Origin: Macrostomum lignano
Taxonomy: Eukaryota
Assembly (NCBI GenBank): GCA_002269645.1
Contig: NIVC01000016.1
Span: forward strand, 310,001-374,000
Reading direction: 5' to 3'
Length of the DNA: 64,000 bases
Shown piece after piece: positions 34,363-42,800 of the stretch. The number at the start of each line of letters is the position of its first letter. Positions within the stretch are counted from its first letter, which is position 1. A program made the translations under genes and the position numbers. The notes beneath the pieces were generated by a model. That model saw only the letters and a program-made list of their open reading frames with translations, was not told the origin of the DNA and did no database searches.

Positions 34363-34914
34363 TTACTGGTCACTTTCATCTTCTTTGACGGAGCAGCCTG
34401 CACACGTAGTGTGCCGTCGGTCTGGACAGGCTCTTGATAAACATCCGCACATTCCTCCAACGTAGCCTCGCTTATTGTGATTGGATTTTGGACGAGCTAG
34501 CTTATCAATCTCATTGACATTAGTTTCGGAAACTGTATGATCCAGCGCCTGATCCACAGCCTGAGATGCCCTATACAAACTGTGATCAAGACGCCTCGAT
34601 AAGTAGCGCTTAACAGTTCGCTCACACTTTTGCCCAGTGATGAGCATGATCTCCTGGATAGTCTGGCCACAGGGATCCAGGTCGAACACTCTAGTTACTC
34701 TGCAGTTTAAGAAAAGTTGGCAACTGATTAATCTAGATGCAAATGTGTTCACAGAGAAACATTATAAATATGGTGGGCAAAAGCACAGGTCAAACTACCT
34801 ACCGTATGCAGCGGTTGGTGTACACCCTACTAAGGCCTGATTTCTCACTGACGTTCTTCACAAACTCTTGAAGATAGCGAAAGCCTCTAGCAGTTTTCTC
34901 GGAGAATATATAGC
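34363..34914 (-). pseudogene. Crypton-type tyrosine recombinase (DUF3504-like) C-terminal remnant with a spliceosomal intron (34802-34700); its 5' part continues at 50273 to about 50370
   Basis: Splicing GTAGGT..TGCAG gives SEKSGLSRVYTNRCIR|VTRVFDLDPCGQTIQEIMLITGQKCERTVKRYL, which matches the Crypton YR pattern S..aGLs..YTNH..RaT....l...G......IM..tGHk...s...Y. The frame stays open across the reconstructed empty Polinton site. Confidence 0.65.
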
Positions 34915-35833
34915 AGTAGTAGGAGTTAGCAGAACACGGCCGCAGGAAATTCCGTGGAAATTCCGTCACTGGTTTACGTACTGGAGAGATGGCTCCTAGA
35001 GCCCTGATCGCCTAAAACTTACAAGCCTTCGCTGAGTACCAGGTATGGGGGAAGGATGAGCATTGCAACTACATGTATAGGATTTCATGTAAGCATAAAG
35101 CAGCGGTAGGAGCAGAAAACGAGAAGCGCGTATGAATAAAATAAATAGTGGTGCTGCGCGTATACTGTGCATGTATATGGCTGTGTCTGACTTTTGATAT
35201 GGTATAGAAATGCAACTGTTTTTTAATCATTTATGCATAGTAGAAGATACTAAAATTATAATAGGCTCGTATGCTTTTAAAAATTTGCCAATTCGCAGGT
35301 TTTTGTTTGCTTACTCTTTCGGCCTGGAGCTTCTTTTTTGCAAAGTATGGCTGCGCCTTCTTCAGAGATCAATTAAGTTGTAAACTGATTTAAGGTAGCC
35401 TTGGATTTTCGCCCCCTCCAGATAACGCATTGCAGCGAAGTGATATCGGGGTTGTCTGGCTGGCTCGATAGGGGCAATAAAGTTTTGGACCATTACTGTT
35501 AAAGATTATATTCCAAGTTGTTTTCGTCATAAAGCAACGGTTTGTATTATGCTTGCGTCGGCATAACGTTTTGAAAAAGGATGAAATGGGCCCTTTCGTT
35601 TTTATAAGATAATTTAAACTTGAGGCCGAGGGTATATGGAGTCTACATTGGCTGCTTGAATTTACTTGTGAATAAAAGACCATTATAAACGTATAACGCT
35701 ATGCATTGAACTGGATCCTATATAAGATCTGCTGGCCCGTTACTGCTGATAGTAAATTTGAAAAGAATATAAATAGAGAGGAGCAGCAGCTGAAGATCAA
35801 GTAGCGATTATTAGTGAATAATTTCAAATTAGA

Positions 35834-37366
35834 ATGTCGTCCGATTGGCAATACGAGGTGTGCATGACTTGTAAAAAATGCAAACAAGGTGGACTCCGAC
35901 CGGATCGACATAAAAACTGCACGAACGTGACGAAGTGGAGTGTCTGCTGGCAGTGCTCAAAGGTTTCTCTATATGAAGCGAAGAAGAGCGCTAAGCAATC
36001 TAAGGCTCATCGGGGTCACCAATTGCTGCCTGGGACTAAAGACACAGCGCGATCTTTTCGACGAATGGTAATGGGAGCGGCGAGGCGACACATGGAGCAT
36101 CAAACGGCGGAAGTGGCAGCAGCCAAGCAGCGATCGAGCGTGCTCAGTCAAGTAATTAATGGTGTAATTCAAGCTCGAAACGACAGCCTATGTTCCAGCG
36201 ATGAGTTCGTAGACGTAAATACTAGAGAACCCTCGATACTTCCTCAGCCAAACAATGGAATGGAAACTGGGACAGCTGACGCAGTGCAAGCCATTGCACC
36301 TATTAGACGTGCTCCATCCATAAGAGGCAAGCAAATGGTTCAAATCGATAGTTCGATGATTGAAGAAGAAGGCGACGAGATGGAGGAGGACATCGAACTT
36401 GACGGCTTTGCTTCTGCTGCTGCTGGTGTCCCGGTTGGCGCCGACTCTGCTGCTGCTGCTGGTGTCCCGGTTGGCGCCGACTCTGCTGCTGCTGCTGGTG
36501 TCCCGGTTGGCGCCGACTCTGCTGCTGCTGCTGGTGCCCCGGTTGGCGCCGACTCTGCTGCTGCTGCTGGTGCCCCGGTTGGCGCCGACTCTGCTGCTGC
36601 TGCTGGTGCCCCGGTTGGCGCCGACTCTGCTGCTGCTGCTGGTGTCCCGGTTGGCGCCGACTCTGCTGCTGCTGCTGGTGCCCCGGTTGGCGCCGACTCT
36701 GCTGCTGCTGCTGGTGTCCCGGTTGGCGCCGACTCTGCTGCTGCTGCTGGTGTCCCGGTTGGCGCCGACTCTGCTGCTGCTGCTGGTGCCCCGGTTGGCG
36801 CCGACTCTGCTGCTGCTGCTGGTGCCCCGGTTGGCGCCGACTCTGCTGCTGCTGCTGGTGTCCCGGTTGGCGCCGACTCTGCTGCTGCTGCTGGTGCCCC
36901 GGTTGGCGCCGACTCTGCTGCTGCTGCTGGTGCCCCGGTTGGCGCCGACTCTGCTGCTGCTGCTGGTATCCCGGTTGGCACTGACTCTGCTGCTTCAAAC
37001 AAAATTCCAGCCGCAGTCACTGATGCAGCTGTTACTGTTGCAAATGGTCATGATGAGCTCAATAAGCTGCTAGCGTCCATCGACCTGCCAACGACGACGA
37101 TGACGCCGGCAAATGTTGCTGATATTAATGAAAATGCTGGTGCTAACTATTTTACTTTAAATCTGCTATTGCCGCACGTGAGTGGAGTGGCTATGTTGTG
37201 CAAGTTGACGGCAATAAAATCACTCTTATCCCGATGTAATTTCCTATTTTATTTTCTCTGTACTCACACAAATTCGTTTTTATTTGGGTTGGTGTGGAGT
37301 GTGGACGTTGGTTACAATATATTAGAACCGTGGGTTGGTAAAGCATTCATGAGGATATTGGAGTAG
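35834..37366 (+). CDS. Polinton cargo ORF: Cys/His-rich N-terminus plus a 36-bp tandem repeat (AAAAGVPVGADS, about 16 copies at 36412-36995)
   Basis: 510-aa ORF with CxxCxxC...H..C...CxxC...HxxH; possible donor GTGAGT near 37178. Function unknown. Confidence 0.45.
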   Translation: MSSDWQYEVCMTCKKCKQGGLRPDRHKNCTNVTKWSVCWQCSKVSLYEAKKSAKQSKAHRGHQLLPGTKDTARSFRRMVMGAARRHMEHQTAEVAAAKQRSSVLSQVINGVIQARNDSLCSSDEFVDVNTREPSILPQPNNGMETGTADAVQAIAPIRRAPSIRGKQMVQIDSSMIEEEGDEMEEDIELDGFASAAAGVPVGADSAAAAGVPVGADSAAAAGVPVGADSAAAAGAPVGADSAAAAGAPVGADSAAAAGAPVGADSAAAAGVPVGADSAAAAGAPVGADSAAAAGVPVGADSAAAAGVPVGADSAAAAGAPVGADSAAAAGAPVGADSAAAAGVPVGADSAAAAGAPVGADSAAAAGAPVGADSAAAAGIPVGTDSAASNKIPAAVTDAAVTVANGHDELNKLLASIDLPTTTMTPANVADINENAGANYFTLNLLLPHVSGVAMLCKLTAIKSLLSRCNFLFYFLCTHTNSFLFGLVWSVDVGYNILEPWVGKAFMRILE

Positions 37367-38859
37367 AAAAAGAAATACTTGTGTGTGTGCACTATCCAAA
37401 TATTAATATTCAAACGAAACCCATATCAGCTTCTGTTTTGCTCGTAATGGTTTTCAGGACTACTTCAAATGCTAGGGTGTGTTGCTATAGGGGATATAGG
37501 TTGATTAAATGGTTTTTATGATGTACTTTTTAGCTAATATAATTGCTTAATAAACTTATCTAATGTTTCGAACTCTTGGTCAGTGTTCTTTAAACTTCTG
37601 CATGCATGCTGCAGTTTCAAATGGAGCTCGCTGCTGTTAATTGTCAGGTAATAAACATTGCATGCCCTACTGAATCAAAATAAACTTGCTAGTAAATTAG
37701 CTACAGTTGTAAGAGCCATTATTCCTTGCCTACTATACTTATACATTGCCTTATAAATACGACTATTTTTTATATTCGATTGAAGAATTCTGTGCCTAAT
37801 AAATATATGTTTTTAGTATTGTTAAGTAGTAAAATAGCATCAATAGTAGCTTTTAGCCTAATTCTGTGTCTTTAATTAGTTTTAATACGTACGCCATTTT
37901 TACCTGTAATACTATAAAAGAGAGAGAGAAAAATAAACGAAGGAGAACTTGCGCTCGTTGGTTTCCTCCGCCTGCCAATTTTAGACTCCGGTCTTGGCCC
38001 CAGCGGTTGTAATTGTTCCAAAAATAGATCTGAATTGGTCTTAGTCATTTAAAGGCGCTCCGCCTCCCCTCTCCCACGGAGCTTCGTACAGCCAGAAGCG
38101 TACAGGCCTCCTTTCCCCACTCTCCCCAGGACGTGCAGTCCCACCCCAAGCCGCTCCCCTTTCCTCCTCTTTCCCAGAGAATATACGTCCCGCCCCTCAA
38201 TCCTCTCCCCTCTTTGTGGACATTCTGTCTGCACAGGTGTACAGCCTTATTCCCTCGGACTTACAGTCTGATCCTCCCCCAAGCATCCCCGCTCCCGACC
38301 CTTCTTCGTAGAAATTTCCCACATTCATTAGGCAGATTGCCTTCTTATCTAATGCTGTCAGCATTCCCTATTAGTATTTAGAAGTTCCCCTTAGTGTGCT
38401 TTCCCAGGCAACTCTGATCCATCGCGAAGCCCTTAATTCCATCTCCCATCTATATTTCCCGGACTGAGAATAGAAACTGTGTCTTGCCGCTCGGACACAC
38501 CACGCCACCAGGAGCAACCTACGGCTTACTCCTGTTAGTAGTATAAATTGCGAAGTTCGCCCGGATTCTAAGAAGACCCTGAAAATTCCAATAACCCTCG
38601 ACTCCCCTTACAACAGATTTTGGTGTCAGAATAGGAAAACTTCCCTCCCCCAAGAACCCTATAACAAATTTGATTGCAGCAGTAAGATTCTTAGACAAAA
38701 AGACCAGAACCCTACAACAGATTTGGTAGCAGCGTTGTGATAAACCACAGGCAGAAGTTTACCCCCTACAACAAATTTGGTGGCAGCGGTGGGATTTGAA
38801 TCTGGTGAAACGCGCACTCAAACCCCAGTATAATTTCCATCCCCTATCCCCGAAATACA

Positions 38860-39873
38860 ATGGCCGCAGGAATCAATGAAGCCCTTGCGCTCTTAGCTGA
38901 AGAGCTCCGCAACCGACTCGAATTAGGCCCCCTTAGACATGTGAAAATCCAGAAATACCTCCCCAGCCAAGATATCAGAGTCTGGCTTACCGCATTCGAT
39001 CAGCAATGCGAGAACGAAGGAATAGATGAGGAAAACCGGAAGCAGGAACTGCTTACCAATCTAGACCTGAGTACTGCGTTTGCAGCAGTTCAACGCCTCA
39101 ACCTCCCAGCTAATCTCCCCTATGAAGATTTCAAGGAAAGACTAATCGAAAGATTTGGAAAAGTAGGTAGCTCCGCCGAATTTCGCGAAGAGTTTAGGAA
39201 TCGCTGCCAAGGCAGAAACGAATCCACTGACAGTTTTGCCGATGCCCTAATAGAATTAGCCTCCCGCGCATTCCTAAATATGGATGCTGAGCAGAGAGAG
39301 GAAGAACTGGTCGAGCAGTTCATTAAAGGTGTAAGAACCCCTCCCGACACCCGTGAGAAGCTAATTTTTGCCCAACCGGCTAGTCTCCAAGCCGCCCGCA
39401 GAATGCTGCGCAGAATTGAAGCTGCTTATCAGATGTCCCACAAAGGTGGAATTAGAGTGACTAAAGATGAGAAAGAGGAGAATAAGGCTAAAACTGATCA
39501 ATTGATCATCAATCAGCAGAACCAGATTGACCGCCAAGAAAGGCTTATTCAGAACCTGCAGAAGCAACTGGCCGAAACAGCGCAATGCGCCCCGCCATCT
39601 CAGGTGTTCCCCCAGCAACAGTATAGGCAGCCACCCCAGCAGCAGTACAGACAGCCACCCCAGCAGCAGTACAGACAGCCACCCCAGCAGCAGTACAGAC
39701 AGCCACCCCAGCAGCAGTACAGACCGCAACCTCAGCAGCAGTACAGGCCCCAGCTGATGAACCAGCCGCCAAGACGTGAACCCCCAAGAAGAAATGAACG
39801 TCAGCCCCCTAACCCAAGATATGAGCCGCTGAAGTTCCGCAACCCCCGTGACTCCCAGAAGTCGGGAAACTGA
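38860..39873 (+). CDS. Gypsy Gag (337 aa), capsid-like domain, no CCHC knuckle, PQQQYRQ repeats
   Basis: W..F..W/L..F-type CA motifs (VWLTAFDQQC, YEDFKERLIERFG, QGRNESTDSF); ends at the slippery site GGGAAAC-TGA. Confidence 0.9.
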   Translation: MAAGINEALALLAEELRNRLELGPLRHVKIQKYLPSQDIRVWLTAFDQQCENEGIDEENRKQELLTNLDLSTAFAAVQRLNLPANLPYEDFKERLIERFGKVGSSAEFREEFRNRCQGRNESTDSFADALIELASRAFLNMDAEQREEELVEQFIKGVRTPPDTREKLIFAQPASLQAARRMLRRIEAAYQMSHKGGIRVTKDEKEENKAKTDQLIINQQNQIDRQERLIQNLQKQLAETAQCAPPSQVFPQQQYRQPPQQQYRQPPQQQYRQPPQQQYRQPPQQQYRPQPQQQYRPQLMNQPPRREPPRRNERQPPNPRYEPLKFRNPRDSQKSGN

Positions 39874-42800
39874 GAAGCCAGGGTCGAGTTAAGAGGCCAC
39901 GCCCCTCAGGCCAAAATATTGCTTACTCTCCGGCCTCCCCATCATTCGAAAATGCCCCCCAACCAAAATACCGGCAACCTCCCCAGTACGGTTTCCGCTA
40001 TCCCCGCAAAACCTCCCATGTACAGCCAATGCCTGTGAATAATGCGATATCTGTCTCCCCCAATAATTTTTCACTTCTTGCCTTTGACGAAATCGACGAT
40101 GCCATGCCAAATGCCCCCCATGACCCCCATGTGTACAATGACCCCCATGCGACTACAGCTCACGCGACTGCTTCCCATGTAACCAATGCGATTTCTGCTC
40201 ATCACGCGTCCGCACCCCATGTACCCACTGCGCTTGCACCCCATGTATCCCATGCGATTAAAACCAATAATGCTTTATTCAGTGCTGAAACCCGCTCAAA
40301 GAAGCGACAAAAGCCAAAACCCAATTCCCCATCCCGAATCGACCTGACTAAGCTAGAAGGCTATGAAGCTGTAATTGTCGGCGATATCCAGAAAGAATCG
40401 ATTGATTTTCTGCTAGACACAGGCGCCAGAAATAATTTCCTGAGCCGCTCAACCTGGTCTAAGCTATTCCGTGCCGATCAAATCCGAGACACTAGCAAAT
40501 GTATCAGTACATTTGACGGTACCCCAGTTCAATTAGAAGGAGAAATATCCGCCCAAGTGAAGTTTGGCGATATCCAAATCGAAGTTGATTTCCTCCTATG
40601 CCGACATGATTGTGACAATATTCTAGGTATGGAATTTTTCCTATCCCAATGCGAAAGCATTCAGCTAGCCAAAGGAATGCTAGTGCTTAATGAAGGTACC
40701 TGTATACCCATGCAGTATACCCGCCTCCCCGTGAAAGTTTGCCGAGTCTATACTCAAGAAAGAGCTATCATCCCAGCTAATAGTGCCCTCCGAATACCCG
40801 TGAAGTTAGCCAAGAATTGTGAATCGAATTACGGCACCCCCATGACCATTGAAGCCATTGGCGATACTGTCCGAACCCGTGATTTCTCATTAGAAATGGT
40901 TCCAACCCTAGTAACTATGAAAGAAGGCAAAGGAATTGTTGAAATTATTAACCGCCACCCAGTAGATGTGAATTTAACTAAAACTTCCCTAATTGGCTTA
41001 GCCAGACCCATGAAGGCTAAAGACTTAACCTATTGGCAGACCCCAACTCCCAACCCCCAACCCCCTGCGAAAGTCAACCAGACTCAATGTACTGAAGATT
41101 CCTGGATTAATGAAGTGAGCCTTGGCCCTGAACTGTCAGATGAACAGCGAAAAGCAGTCATCGACTTGATGAAAGAAAACCGTGAAGCCTTTTCCCAGAA
41201 TGAATTAGACATGGGCCTGACACACTTAGTAACCCACGAAATCTCTATCAAAGACCCCACCCCCGTTAGAATCCCAGCCAGACGCATCCCCCCACACTTG
41301 CAAAAGCAAGTTGACGCCCAATTAGATGACATGCTAGCCAAAAACCTAATTAGACCCTGCTATTCAACCTACTCCACCCCCTTAGTAATTGTCCCCAAGA
41401 AAGACGGTTCTATTAGAATCGTGAGCGATTTCCGAGTGCTCAATTCAAGAGTTAATTACTACCCCTACCCCCTCCCTAATATTCAAGAGACCTTCTCCCA
41501 CCTAACTGGTAGCCAATACTTTAGTAGCCTTGATTTAAACTCAGGATACTGGCAAGTCCCCATCAAAGAAGAAGATAAGCATCGAACCGCCTTCTCCACC
41601 CTAACTAGAGGCCAATTTGAATATCAAGTGATGGCCCAAGGACTTTCCAATGCCCCCGGAACCTTCCAACGCCTAATGAATTTAGTCCTATTAGGAATCC
41701 AGCATAAGTTCGCCATGTCCTATATCGATGACATAATCGCCTACTCCCAAAATTTTGCCGACCATTTAGAGCACTTAAGAGAAGTGTTTAAGCGACTAAT
41801 TGCCGCAGGTCTGAAGTTGAGACCCAAAAAGTGCAATCTTTTCCATCACGAGTTGAAATATCTAGGACACGTGATTGGCCGAAAAGGCATTCAAACAGAC
41901 AAGACGAAGATTGAAGCAATCCAAACTTGGCCCCGTCCCAAAGACGTAAAAGAATTACGCAGTTTTCTTGGCCTATGCAATTATTATTGCCGATTCGTGA
42001 AGAATTATGCCGAAGTGGCTCACCCCCTATTTCAACTGACCCGAAAAGGAGTTCAGAATTTCCAATCTAAGTGGAGCAAAGTGCATGACGAAGCCTTTGA
42101 ATCCCTGAAGCAGCGCATGATGTCTACTGAAGTGTTAGCCTACCCCGAATATGTCGAAGATGAGAATGTGAAGATGGTGCTCGACACAGATGCCAGTGAC
42201 GACAGGATTGGCGCATGCCTTGGCCAAATCCAGAGTGATGGCATAGAGCGACCAATAGCCTATTTTAGTAGAGCAATGAAAGAGTCTGAGAAGCGATACC
42301 CCATTACTCGGAAAGAATTGTTAGCCCTTGTCGACGCTATGAGGCATTTCAGATTTTATCTGATCGGCAAGAAATTCTTAGCCCGAACTGATCATAAAGC
42401 GATAATTTGGCTCATGAGACAGACAGAAGCAACCGGAATCCTAGGAAGATGGATAGAGCGCCTAAATGAATTCAGGTTCGACATTGAACACAAAAGCGGC
42501 GCAAAGCATTCCAATGCCGACGGATTGTCGAGAAGACCAGCTGAGATAGCTGAAGCCCCTGAAGTATCCCCTGAAGTAGCCCCTGAACTTGCTGAAACAG
42601 CACCTGAAGTTTCTGAAGTCCCTGACGCAGCCACTGAGCCTGCTGAAGCGATCCTTGAAACCCCTGAAGTATCTGAAGTAATTTCTGAGAACCCTGAGCC
42701 AATCCCTGAGAAAGTTGAGAAGTTGACCCCTGTTCCCCTGAGAGATGAGAGTGCTCCCGCTGAAACTAAGGACAACCCCATGTCCCAGTCACCTGAAGCC

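Noticed and set aside
38604-38796. Bona fide CRISPR array in the LTR
   Set aside because: The repeat-spacer look comes from LTR-end plus PBS units and there are no cas genes. Reported as a finding, not as CRISPR.
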